From an uncultured bacterium (lineage in GTDB: Bacteria > Acidobacteriota > Thermoanaerobaculia > Multivoradales > JAHZIX01), in the NCBI GenBank assembly GCA_965368975.1, contig CBDUPA010000005.1:1-64000 (forward strand): a stretch of DNA of 64,000 nucleotides, given 5' to 3'. This document shows, in pieces, positions 57,001 through 64,000 of this stretch. The notes beneath the pieces were generated by a model. The model worked only from the letters and a program-made list of their open reading frames with translations, did not search any database and was not told where the DNA came from. Each line of letters opens with the position of its first letter. Positions within the stretch are counted from its first letter, which is position 1. Both the position numbers and the translations under genes were made by a program.

Positions 57001-57647
57001 GCCAGCGCCAGGTCACATTCACCATTGAGCAGGCTCTGGCACGCCAGGTGTACCGCCACCAGCGAACTCGAACACGCCGTCTGCACGTTCATCGCTGGCC
57101 CGCGAAGCCCCAGCTTGTAGGCCACGCGCGTAGTGAAGAAGTCCTTGTCGCTGCCCAGCATCACCTGCACCGTGTCGGCACCGCTGAGGCGGCCGAACAG
57201 CTGGTACAGGAAGTAGCTGTTCATGCTGACGCCAGCATAGGCACCGATCGGGCCGGGAAAGCGCATCGGGTCGACGCCCGCCGTCTCGAAGGCCTGCCAG
57301 GCGATCTGCAAGAACAGTCGCTGCTGCGGGTCGAGCAGGGCCGCTTCGCGCGCGCTGAAGCCGAACAGGCGCGCGTCGAACAGCTCGATGTCGTCGAGCA
57401 CCGCGGCGGCCGGGATGTAGCTCGGATCGTCGAGCGTCGCTTCGTCGACCCCGGCTTCGAGCAACTCGTCGCGCTCGAAGAAGGTGATGCCCTCGACGCC
57501 ATCGCACAGGTTGCGCCAGAAGGTCTCGACGTCTGGTGCCTTCGGGAAACGCCCCGCCATGCCGACGATGGCGACTTCGTTCTCGCCGCCAGATTCTGAG
57601 GAGTCGTCGAAGGCGTCTTCGAGGGCTTCTTCTTCGAAGTTGGGCAT
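51018..57647 (-). CDS. Hybrid PKS-NRPS: KS-AT-carrier-C-A-PCP, no thioesterase
   Basis: KS VQTACSSS, HGTAT, KTNIGH; AT GYSLG, HAFHS; carrier GGHSL; C domain HHIISDEWS; A domain YTSGSTGTPK, YRTGDL, NGKVDR; terminal GGHSL. Confidence 0.95.
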   Translation of the reverse strand: MPNFEEEALEDAFDDSSESGGENEVAIVGMAGRFPKAPDVETFWRNLCDGVEGITFFERDELLEAGVDEATLDDPSYIPAAAVLDDIELFDARLFGFSAREAALLDPQQRLFLQIAWQAFETAGVDPMRFPGPIGAYAGVSMNSYFLYQLFGRLSGADTVQVMLGSDKDFFTTRVAYKLGLRGPAMNVQTACSSSLVAVHLACQSLLNGECDLALAGGASVRVPHRMGYAHQPGGLFSPDGHCRAFDAEAGGTVVGNGMGAVVLKRLEDALEDGDPIRAVIRATAVNNDGALKVGFSAPSVEGQAAVITEALALAQVEAEDIGYIETHGTATPLGDSIEMAALNHAFRAHTEAEGFCALGSVKTNIGHLDAAAGITGLIKTALTVEHGQIPPSLGFRTPNPRCGFDGSPFFVNSELRPWSDGPRIAGVSSFGMGGTNAHAILEQAPEGDFDEIERTQRPHQVLVLSAATDTALDTATDNLAAWLRDQGQGQEGSASASLLADAAFTLQTGRRLLRHRRAVVASSLQEGAELLAERAAGRVLQDEDPRTDRPVAFLLSGLGDHYPNLARRLYEKEPLFRAEVDRYCELLTPELGEDLRPHLFPGRIDELPQTNDDAGPNLRAMLRGAGPDLGTLTDTRLAQPALFVVELALARLWQAWGVTPSALLGYSLGEYVAATLAGVLSNTDALQLVARRARLIATLGEGAMLALSLDEASVRQHLADELASPEESPAPDRRLSISAVNGPALTVVSGTPEAIEAAEARLTRDLPDVSCRRLPNRHAFHSHLLQPIADQLRDLVRGFDFGTPQIPYISNVSGTWITDEQASDPDYWVEHLLAPVRFADGVHELWRETSRLLLEVGPGANLASLALQLPHEATADAETERAQPEGRLAFGSLPGAHGLGGHQDDRLALMTALGRLWLAGVPVDWAAVHTTYSAVDPPARPRRVALPTYPFEGQRHWIEGTPQLAGGAAGGATLPSADGTDSPAGRGVSTTVHTRPKLPTPYRAATSASELALAQLWQELLGVEPVGVDDNFFDLGGHSLLATQLIARLQRGFGVEVELAQLFERPTVARLAELVPSELPSGKGLTATETGPELPAIPRRPDPETAPLSFAQQRLWFIDQLAPGIAAYNNPTVVRLKGNLDARRLEAGLDAIVARHETLRTTFELGKGAEAPLQRIHAHQFQSLPVVDLQALPADQRETVAAELMDACAQRPFYLDREASIHTLLLRLDTRNHMLAAVLHHIISDEWSLGLLVGELAGFYQAQEAGREPRLAELPVQYADYAYWQRELERSGELQPLLDFWHDQLDGAPPVLDLPLDRPRPAMQSFRGADVHFELPAKLSQALLLAGRQHGVTLFMTLLSALAVTLSRLGHQRDLVISSGTGTRPRQEIENLIGCFINILLLRTRLDDNPSFADLLTRVRTTTLDAFARQDVPFELLVEMAAPERDLSHNPLTQVMLVLLNVPRSEIGVASDLTLEPQQTKRASAQLDLTWYLMEVGDLASGEGKLAGRLEYASDLFDASTIRRMLRHFQTVLEQLVEDPARRVQDFDLLSGAERQLLLHEVNDTRSAFPHDRCLHEVITEHVATRPEATAILAGEQSYSYRQLHDRARRLARQLRDLGVGPESRVGLALQRGADVPTAILGVLEAGACYVPLDVSYPEERVRFLLEDAGVEVIVTHAVLRSSLPEVRAEILEIDELSWDGEDAEDDGQSFAPCDPENLAYLIYTSGSTGTPKAVAIRHRGVLNNLVDLNTSFGVGTDSRILQLSSLSFDMSVYETLGTLVAGGTIVFPDPDLDRDPGHWADLVAQHRITVWNTAPSLLGLLIDYSEQHAEEGTVDLSSLRVAILGGDWVPIPLVERTRAAVGNPAFRFIVLGGATESSIHSIVYPVGALQESWRSIPYGWPMRNQSAHLVDRCMRPVPLGGAGELLLGGIGLARGYAGRPRFTAERFLPDPFATERVTSGTRLYRTGDLARTFANGCIELLGRMDFQVKIHGLRVELGEIEAVLKAQPGVEAAVVAVREVRPGDHRLVAYVTGESGPQAESLRAPLKEQLPDYMVPSHFLTLDTLPLSPNGKVDRRALPLPDAQRPELAAEYAPPTHVVEEALVLLYQDILGLDRVGIHDDFFDLGGHSLLATRLINRLQEAFVVEVPLRQVFEAPTPATLGAWLQTTGEEQGLDMSEIADVYLQVTQMSSDEVAAMLEEEALGEED

Positions 57648-57771
57648 GGGATCCGTCCTGGGGAAGAAAAGGGGAATGCGGGCAGGTGTCAGCGGGCGGA
57701 GATTAGCACAGGGAGGTGTCGTTCCCAGGCTGATGAGATGCCACGGGAGGGCCAGGCGCGATTGCGGAGAT

Positions 57772-58407
57772 TTAGGCTAGTGAGCTTTCTGGAAGTGCCC
57801 GGGAAATGCCTTGGATGAACGCGCGCAGGCTGGGAGACTTCGGGTCTTCGAGATCCAGGTGAGGTGCGATGCTCTGGCCCCATTCGTACTTGTCGGCGCC
57901 AGTGCAATTCTTCGGGTCTTTCCGTAGGGCCTTCGCCAAGTGTTCCCAGGCGCCTACTACCGCGTCCGGGGCAGGTAGGTTAGAAAGCTTGGCTTTGGAG
58001 TACGCGTTCCGTATAGCTTCGGGATCTGCGAGAAACCAGGACTCGATCTCTTCGACAGCGATGCGAAACAGTACGTTTGCTGGCCGGTTGTCCAAGTTCG
58101 TGTAGAGCTCGACGAGCTGTTGCTTCAATTCTCGGCAGTCGTCCCGATCCGCGTCGATGAGCACGACGAGCCAGTAGGTCGGTGGCAGCGCGGAGTATCC
58201 TCGAATCTTGGCAGGTAGCTGATCGAGCAAACCACGTTGCCTCGGATCGGGTCTCTCTTGTGGGTTCTCAGGAAGCCTGCCGCGACCCTGGTGCGGGAGG
58301 ATCCGGAAGTGAGTTTCTTCTTCCAGCTGAAATCGTCGTTGCAGGATCTCGCGTACCGTGGGGACGTCGGCTTCGCCTTCGGTCAAGATCTCGAAAAAGG
58401 GTTTCAC
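57772..58407 (-). CDS. DUF4276-like (TOPRIM-like) protein
   Basis: GTG start overlapping the ATPase stop; ILTEG..D, VLIDAD..DC, EEIESWFLAD, KSPSL..F. Confidence 0.8.
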   Translation of the reverse strand: MKPFFEILTEGEADVPTVREILQRRFQLEEETHFRILPHQGRGRLPENPQERPDPRQRGLLDQLPAKIRGYSALPPTYWLVVLIDADRDDCRELKQQLVELYTNLDNRPANVLFRIAVEEIESWFLADPEAIRNAYSKAKLSNLPAPDAVVGAWEHLAKALRKDPKNCTGADKYEWGQSIAPHLDLEDPKSPSLRAFIQGISRALPESSLA

Positions 58408-59627
58408 GGATTGCCTCGGCCGAAGTGGTTGCTGTACCAAAGGCTGCCGAGTGGAATTCCTTCATTGAAGAGTTCTTGCACTCCGCGTTGCTCCGTGGCC
58501 CGGACTGCTGTTGTGAAACCCTGAGTGCTCTTCTCCAAGATCCAGACCTCGCTCGGAGACAGGGCATCGACAAGGTGAGGTGAGTGAGTAGTGAGCAAGA
58601 TCTGTGGGCCGCCGGAGGCTTGTGCGTAGGCCTTCATCTCGCGTGCCAAGGGAGCTAGCAACTGATGGTGCAGTCCGTTCTCTGGTTCTTCGATGCCGAT
58701 CAGCGGTGCGGGTGAAGGGTCCTCTAGCAGCAGCAAGTAGGCGAGCATCTTCAGAGTGCCGTCAGACATGTCTTGTGCGTAGAAGGGATCCTCGAAACCA
58801 CGGTCATTGAACTGGATGAGTAGCCGGCCATCCTTGGAGCGTTCGTGGGTGATCTGTTGGATGCCGGGGATCTTTCGAGAAATGCGGCTCAGTACTTTGG
58901 AAAAGCGCTTCGGGTTCTCCCGCTCCACAAACTGCAGGTAGTTGGCGAGGTTGTCTCCGGTACGGTTGAGATGCTTGTGAGCGCCCGCCATCGGTATCTC
59001 GCGGGCCATCTGGGGTAGGAAGTACGAGAGGTACCAGCCTTCTAGGAACTCTCGGAAGGCGACGATCCGTGGATGGTCGGCCAGATTTCCAAGCGTCGTG
59101 ATTCCGAGGCGCTGAGGGTCTTCGAGTCGCACGTCGATCTTCGTATTGCCCTCCTCCTTCTCGGTGGCTTCGCCTGTCCAAGCCTCGCCTTTGCCGTGGC
59201 GGATGTTCAAGAAGGAGAAGGGGTGGCCAAGACCTTGGCCCTTGCGTCGCTGCCGCAGTCGTTCGTGGACGACCTCGGGTCGACCATGCCTATCTAGATC
59301 GATGTGCAGTGAGTAGCTGATTGGACGAGCGCGTCGATCCTGGCGGTAGTAGATCTCGAACTGAATCGGCCCGTCCTGACCTCGCGTGCGGAGGCGCTCG
59401 AAGCCTCCTCGGTGTGGGCGGTCGCAAGCTTCTTCAACGCCGTCGCGCAAGCAGTCTCCCAGGAAGCCCAGAGCGTCCATCAAGGACGTCTTACCAGAGC
59501 CGTTCGGGCCAATCGCGGCCAAGAAACGTGGCAAGGGCCTTGGCTCTTGGTCCTCGAAAGTCTTGCCAAGCGAGACATCCCGCAACGAGCGGTAGTTCTG
59601 AATGCGAATGCCTTCCAGCTGTGCCAT
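58404..59627 (-). CDS. AAA_21 / ABC-type ATPase (soluble, defence-associated type)
   Basis: IQNYRSL, GPNGSGKT, MSDGTL signature, IEEPENGLH, TTHSP. Confidence 0.9.
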   Translation of the reverse strand: MAQLEGIRIQNYRSLRDVSLGKTFEDQEPRPLPRFLAAIGPNGSGKTSLMDALGFLGDCLRDGVEEACDRPHRGGFERLRTRGQDGPIQFEIYYRQDRRARPISYSLHIDLDRHGRPEVVHERLRQRRKGQGLGHPFSFLNIRHGKGEAWTGEATEKEEGNTKIDVRLEDPQRLGITTLGNLADHPRIVAFREFLEGWYLSYFLPQMAREIPMAGAHKHLNRTGDNLANYLQFVERENPKRFSKVLSRISRKIPGIQQITHERSKDGRLLIQFNDRGFEDPFYAQDMSDGTLKMLAYLLLLEDPSPAPLIGIEEPENGLHHQLLAPLAREMKAYAQASGGPQILLTTHSPHLVDALSPSEVWILEKSTQGFTTAVRATEQRGVQELFNEGIPLGSLWYSNHFGRGNP

Positions 59628-59661
59628 GCGGAGATTCTAGCGGACAGGCTCGGGAGTCTGC

Positions 59662-60234
59662 TCAGCCGAGTCCCCCCTGAGTCGTCAGATCCCGCTTCCA
59701 CGACCAGTACCCAAATACGCACATCACCAGGAACACCCCATACAGCCCCGCCGTCAAGTACAGCTCCTTGACGGTGTAGATCCCCACCGCAACGACATCG
59801 ACCACGATCCAGAACAGCCAGTTCTCGATCTTCTTCTTCGCCATCAGCCACTGCGCGATCAGGCTGGCGACGGTGGTGAAGGCGTCGCCGTAGGGAAGGG
59901 CGGCGTCGGTGAGGGAGGACATGGCGTAGCCCCAGGCGGCGGTGCCCAGGATCGCCGTGGTGATCCAGCCGCTGCGCGCGCGACCGCTCAGCTCGGAAAC
60001 GGGCAGGCGGCCGTGGTCCTTGCCGCCGTGCAGCCACTGGTACCAGCCGAAGAACTGCACGCCGACATAGATCACGTGCAGGATGACGTCTGAATACAGC
60101 TTGGCCTGGTAGAAGATGACGATGTAGAGCGAGACCTGCACCAGGCCGGTCGGCCACGTCCAGATGCTCTGGCGCACGCTGAAGCCGACGCACAGCAGGC
60201 CGAAGAGAACGGCGGTGACTTCGAGAGTCGACAT
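59662..60234 (-). CDS. pnuC: Nicotinamide riboside transporter PnuC family
   Basis: IWTWPTG, KLYSD, GWYQW, DAFTT..S..AQWLMAKK.IENW..WIVVD. Confidence 0.9.
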   Translation of the reverse strand: MSTLEVTAVLFGLLCVGFSVRQSIWTWPTGLVQVSLYIVIFYQAKLYSDVILHVIYVGVQFFGWYQWLHGGKDHGRLPVSELSGRARSGWITTAILGTAAWGYAMSSLTDAALPYGDAFTTVASLIAQWLMAKKKIENWLFWIVVDVVAVGIYTVKELYLTAGLYGVFLVMCVFGYWSWKRDLTTQGGLG

Positions 60235-60267
60235 GATCGCGGAGACTATCGCGATTCTCTCTACGGC

Positions 60268-60296
60268 TTGACATCTCGTACTCCCGTCTCTAGAAT
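60268..60296 (+). promoter_or_regulatory. Near-consensus sigma70 promoter of the TonB receptor / metal ABC operon
   Basis: TTGACA (60268-60273), 17 nt, TAGAAT (60291-60296). Confidence 0.85.
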
Positions 60297-60314
60297 TTTG
60301 ATTAATCAAAATTC
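60293..60314. promoter_or_regulatory. Perfect 22-bp palindromic operator, probably a metal-responsive repressor site
   Basis: GAATTTTGATT|AATCAAAATTC overlaps the -10 box and expected start site; very AT-rich in a GC-rich context. Confidence 0.85.
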
Positions 60315-60364
60315 ATGGTTCGATCAGGCTCAACGTCTCCTCCTGAACCAAGACGAGGTCCACG

Positions 60365-62554
60365 ATGAAACCCTTCTCCGTCCAACGCAGTCTGCTTCTC
60401 ACCTGCACCCTGTTGTCTCTGGTGCCCGGTCTGCTCCGGGCGGACGACGCACCTCCCGAGGATCCCGAAGCGACCTTCGAAGATCAGGTCGTCGTCTCGG
60501 CCTCGGGCCGCGCGCAGCGGCTGGCCGAGGTGCCGGTGCACTTGCAAGTCGTGGAGCGCGAAGATGTCGAGAAGCTGATGGCGCGGACGCTGGCGGACGC
60601 CATGGAGTGGACGCTGGGGATGCGCGTGGAGAGCAACTGCCAGAACTGCAATGAGTCGAAGATTCGACTGCTCGGCATGGAGGGGCCGTACACGCAGATC
60701 CTGGTCGACGGTCAGCCGACGGTGTCGTCGTTGGCGCTGGTGTACGGGGTCGAGCAGCTGCCGGCGCGGATGTTTGACAGCATCGAGGTCGTCAAGGGTG
60801 GGGGTTCGGCGCTCTATGGTGCCGGAGCTGTGGCGGGGGTGATCAACCTTCTGCCGCACCGACCGTCGCACCGACACTTGGAGCTGGAGGCGCGAGGGGG
60901 CTCGATGAATGGGGCTACGGGGCGTGCTTCAATGTCGACCTACCTTGCGATGCTGGACGGTCGGCTCGACGGCGACTTCAAGAGCGGCAGCTGGAGCTTG
61001 TTCGGGCAGGTCGACGACGGCGAGGCCGTGGACCTTGATGGTGACGGCTTCTCGGACGTGGCGCGGCGCGAACTCGCGACGTTGGGGCTACGGCTGGAGC
61101 AGGGCTTCCTGCAGCAGGCGGCACAGCTGACCGTGGATGCGTCGTGGGTCGAGGCGTCGCGACGGGGTGGCGATCGACTGCATCTGCCGCCGGAGCAGGC
61201 CGAGATCGCTGAAGCCATCGACACCGAGCGCGCGGGCTTGAGTCTCTCCTGGCTGCACGCGCTTTCCGGGCGCTTCGACTACCGGGCGCTCGTTTCGGTT
61301 GCCGACACGGAGCGTGACAGCTACTACGGCACCGGCATGGACCCGAACGCCTATGGTTCGACCGACAATCCGTTGACCGTCGCTGACGTGCAGCTCTATC
61401 ACCACTGGCGCGGTGGTCCGACGGCCGACTCCGCATCGACACACTCCCTCACCTGGGGGCTGCAGTACCGCCGCGACCAGGTACGCGACGCGCAGCCCGG
61501 CTACGGCCGCTTCCTGCAGGAGGACTACCGCGACTGGGCGCTGTTCGTGCAGAATGACCACCGCCCGTCCGACAATGTCTCCTTGACCTATGGCCTGCGC
61601 GTCGACGATCACTCGGTGGTCGAGGGTGAGGCCATTGTTTCGCCACGGCTGGCGGCGCTGTGGTCACCGAGGCCCGATCTGACCTTGCGGGCATCCTGGT
61701 CGCGTGGCTTCCGGCCGCCGGTGGTGTTCGACGAAGACCTGCACATTGCTCTGGTGGGGGGCGGTGACGTGCAGGTGGTGCGCAACGCACCGGATCTGGA
61801 CGCTGAGCGCTCGACCAGTTCGTTGATCAGCCTGGAATGGCGGCCGCGCGTGCGGCTGGGGGGGGATCGCGGTAGCTCGGCTTATCTCGAACTCAACGCC
61901 TTCCAGCATCGTTTGCAGGACCTCTTTCATCTGGTCGAGACCGACGAGCCGGCGACACCGGAGATCGAGTGGACGCGTGGCAACTTCGGTGGCGCCCGCA
62001 TCCGCGGTGTCGAGCTGGCGGGTGGGCTGCGCTTCGGGCCTCGCCTGGGTGTCGATGCCGGCTTCGTCTGGCAGACGTCGCGCTTTGATCATCCGGAGCA
62101 GGAGTTCGGTAGCCTGGACTTCTGGCGCACGCCCGAGCGCTACGGCCTACTGACGCTCGTCTGGAGCCCGACGTTGGCGAGCCTTGGCCTGGGTCAGCTT
62201 GGCGTGGAAGGTGACATCGACGTCTTCCTTGGCTTCCAATACACCGGGCCGATGCTGGCGCCTCACTATCTGCGCTTCGCCTCGGTCGCGGAGGGCTCTG
62301 ACGAAGACCGTCTCGAACGTACGCCGGCCTTCCTGACCGCTGATCTCAACATCGCGCGCGAGTTTGCTCTGCCTTCCTCCGTGAGCCAGGGGGGGCACGC
62401 GGGAGATCGGCGGTTCACTGTGACGCTCGGGCTGCGCAACCTGACGAACGAGTTCCAGGACGACCTCGACCGCGGACCGCTGCGCGACTCGGCCTATGTC
62501 TACGGACCGCGCTTTCCGCGTACCGTGTCGTTGGCGATCAAGGTAGATTGGTGA
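60365..62554 (+). CDS. TonB-dependent receptor
   Basis: Signal peptide, VVVSAS TonB box, plug motifs ILVDGQP and IEVVKGGGSALYGAGAVAGVIN, NLTN, terminal W. Confidence 0.93.
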   Translation: MKPFSVQRSLLLTCTLLSLVPGLLRADDAPPEDPEATFEDQVVVSASGRAQRLAEVPVHLQVVEREDVEKLMARTLADAMEWTLGMRVESNCQNCNESKIRLLGMEGPYTQILVDGQPTVSSLALVYGVEQLPARMFDSIEVVKGGGSALYGAGAVAGVINLLPHRPSHRHLELEARGGSMNGATGRASMSTYLAMLDGRLDGDFKSGSWSLFGQVDDGEAVDLDGDGFSDVARRELATLGLRLEQGFLQQAAQLTVDASWVEASRRGGDRLHLPPEQAEIAEAIDTERAGLSLSWLHALSGRFDYRALVSVADTERDSYYGTGMDPNAYGSTDNPLTVADVQLYHHWRGGPTADSASTHSLTWGLQYRRDQVRDAQPGYGRFLQEDYRDWALFVQNDHRPSDNVSLTYGLRVDDHSVVEGEAIVSPRLAALWSPRPDLTLRASWSRGFRPPVVFDEDLHIALVGGGDVQVVRNAPDLDAERSTSSLISLEWRPRVRLGGDRGSSAYLELNAFQHRLQDLFHLVETDEPATPEIEWTRGNFGGARIRGVELAGGLRFGPRLGVDAGFVWQTSRFDHPEQEFGSLDFWRTPERYGLLTLVWSPTLASLGLGQLGVEGDIDVFLGFQYTGPMLAPHYLRFASVAEGSDEDRLERTPAFLTADLNIAREFALPSSVSQGGHAGDRRFTVTLGLRNLTNEFQDDLDRGPLRDSAYVYGPRFPRTVSLAIKVDW

Positions 62555-62604
62555 AGTTGCCAGCTACCTTGATGAACACTAGACTGGAAAGTGGATTTTT
62601 CGAT

Positions 62605-63567
62605 ATGTCAAAACTCGTAGCCTTCTCCTTCCTGACCCTGGTACTCACCTTGCTGCTCGCAGCCTGCGGCGCTCCCGCACCGGACGGTGCTGCTGGGCGA
62701 CGCGCGCCGGACGGCGCACTTGAGCGAGACGGGCCGCTGCGCGTCGTGACCACGACGGGCATGATCGGCGACATGGCGTCGCGCATCGCTGGCGAGCACG
62801 CGGAGGTGGTTTCGCTGATGGGGCCGGGCATCGATCCGCACCTCTACAAGGCGAGCGAGAGCGATGTGCGGCGGCTGGCGTCGGCGGACCTGATCCTCTA
62901 CAACGGTCTGCACTTGGAAGGCAAGATGGGCGACATCCTGGTCAAGATGGCGCGCAGCCGACCGGTGGTGGCGGTGACCGAGGCAGTTCCGGCGGAGGCG
63001 CTGCGCGAACCGCCGGAACTGCAGGGGCAGTACGACCCGCACATCTGGTTCGATGTTCGTCTGTGGGCGTCCACGCTGGCGCCGATCACGGATGAGCTGG
63101 TGGAACTCGATCCCGAGCACGCGGACATCTACCGCGCCAATGCCGAGGCAGTGCGTGCCGAGTTGCTGGAAGTCGACGCCTGGGTCGCGACGCGAGTGGC
63201 CGAGATCCCGCGTGAGCGGCGCATCCTGATCACCGCGCACGATGCCTTCGGCTACTTCGGTGACCGCTACGACATCGAAGTCATGGGCATCCAGGGCATC
63301 AGCACGGTCGCTGAAGCCGGGCTCAAGGATGTTGACCGCGTCGTCGACACCATCGTCGAGCGTGGCGTCAAGGCGATCTTTGTCGAGTCCAGCGTGCCGC
63401 GGCGCGCCGTCGAAGCGGTGCAGGCGGCGGTGCGCGATCGAGGCAATGAAGTGGTGATCGGCGGCCAGCTGTACTCCGACGCGATGGGCGCCGCCGGCAC
63501 GCCGGAAGGCACCTATGTCGGCATGGTGCGCGCCAACGTCGAAACGCTGGTCGAGGCGCTGCGCTGA
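62605..63567 (+). CDS. troA: Mn/Zn/Fe ABC transporter substrate-binding lipoprotein (TroA type)
   Basis: LLLAAC lipobox; GPGIDPHLYK, NGLHLEGKM, DPHIWFD, TAHDAFGYFG, LYSDAMG. Confidence 0.88.
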   Translation: MSKLVAFSFLTLVLTLLLAACGAPAPDGAAGRRAPDGALERDGPLRVVTTTGMIGDMASRIAGEHAEVVSLMGPGIDPHLYKASESDVRRLASADLILYNGLHLEGKMGDILVKMARSRPVVAVTEAVPAEALREPPELQGQYDPHIWFDVRLWASTLAPITDELVELDPEHADIYRANAEAVRAELLEVDAWVATRVAEIPRERRILITAHDAFGYFGDRYDIEVMGIQGISTVAEAGLKDVDRVVDTIVERGVKAIFVESSVPRRAVEAVQAAVRDRGNEVVIGGQLYSDAMGAAGTPEGTYVGMVRANVETLVEALR

Positions 63568-63595
63568 ACGGTGGTGGACTCGAGGAAGGCAGATC

Positions 63596-64000
63596 ATGAG
63601 TGAACAAGGTGTCAGCAAGACGGAACAAGGTCCCAGCGATAGCGTTACGGCGATCGAGGTGCACGACCTCACTGTCGCCTACCGCACGCAGCCGGTGCTG
63701 TGGGACGTCGACTTCGCTTTGCCTGAAGGCAAGTTGATCGCCGTCGTCGGCCCCAACGGTGCTGGCAAGAGCACGCTGCTGAAGGCGATTCTGGGTCTGG
63801 TCAAGCCGATCACCGGCTGGGTCCAGATCTTCGATGCCCCCTACCGCCAGCGCCGCTCATGGGTGGCCTATGTGCCGCAACGCGAAAGCGTCGACTGGGA
63901 CTTTCCGACCAGTGCGCTCGACGTCGTCACCATGGGGCTCTATGGCACCCTCGGCTGGTTCCGCCGGCCCGGCCGCAAGGAGCGGGACAAGGCGTTGCAG
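63596..64000 (+). CDS. troB: Metal ABC transporter ATP-binding protein (TroB/MntB type), 3'-truncated
   Basis: Read directly: IEVHDLTVAY, GPNGAGKSTLLKA, AYVPQRESVDWDFP; open to the window end. Confidence 0.88.
   Translation, partial: MSEQGVSKTEQGPSDSVTAIEVHDLTVAYRTQPVLWDVDFALPEGKLIAVVGPNGAGKSTLLKAILGLVKPITGWVQIFDAPYRQRRSWVAYVPQRESVDWDFPTSALDVVTMGLYGTLGWFRRPGRKERDKALQ

Overview
GC-rich bacterial DNA, probably Acidobacteriota (inferred from a TIGR03435-like fusion and the general gene repertoire). It is densely coding, with about 45 credible genes. Housekeeping genes include rlmN, dut, ilvA-like, pdxH, aspC/tyrB, pnuC, a TRAP solute-binding protein, an ABC exporter, an nfeD-floA operon and a TonB-receptor/TroAB metal-uptake operon with a clear promoter and palindromic operator. 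Main unusual items: (1) a two-gene module present twice (13.3-14.6 kb and 25.1-26.4 kb), made of an exported propeller-like protein and an exported peptide with a conserved 8-Cys scaffold; the second peptide's C-terminus lies behind a frameshift in a (CT)3 tract and that copy interrupts the flotillin operon; (2) a minimal pupylation-like system, with a 65-aa peptide ending in GGE coupled to a PafA/Dop-family ligase carrying a transmembrane insertion and no proteasome genes in the window; (3) a tandem pair of TIR-STAND NTPase (NLR-like) genes, a stand-alone TIR with Lys in place of the catalytic Glu, and an ABC-ATPase/DUF4276-like pair; (4) dispersed secondary-metabolism genes (diiron enzyme plus FAAL, an ATP-grasp ligase, an orphan KS-AT-T-C-A-T hybrid). 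No rRNA, tRNA, CRISPR array, transposase or integrase was recognised. All family assignments come from motif recognition by eye, without database searches.
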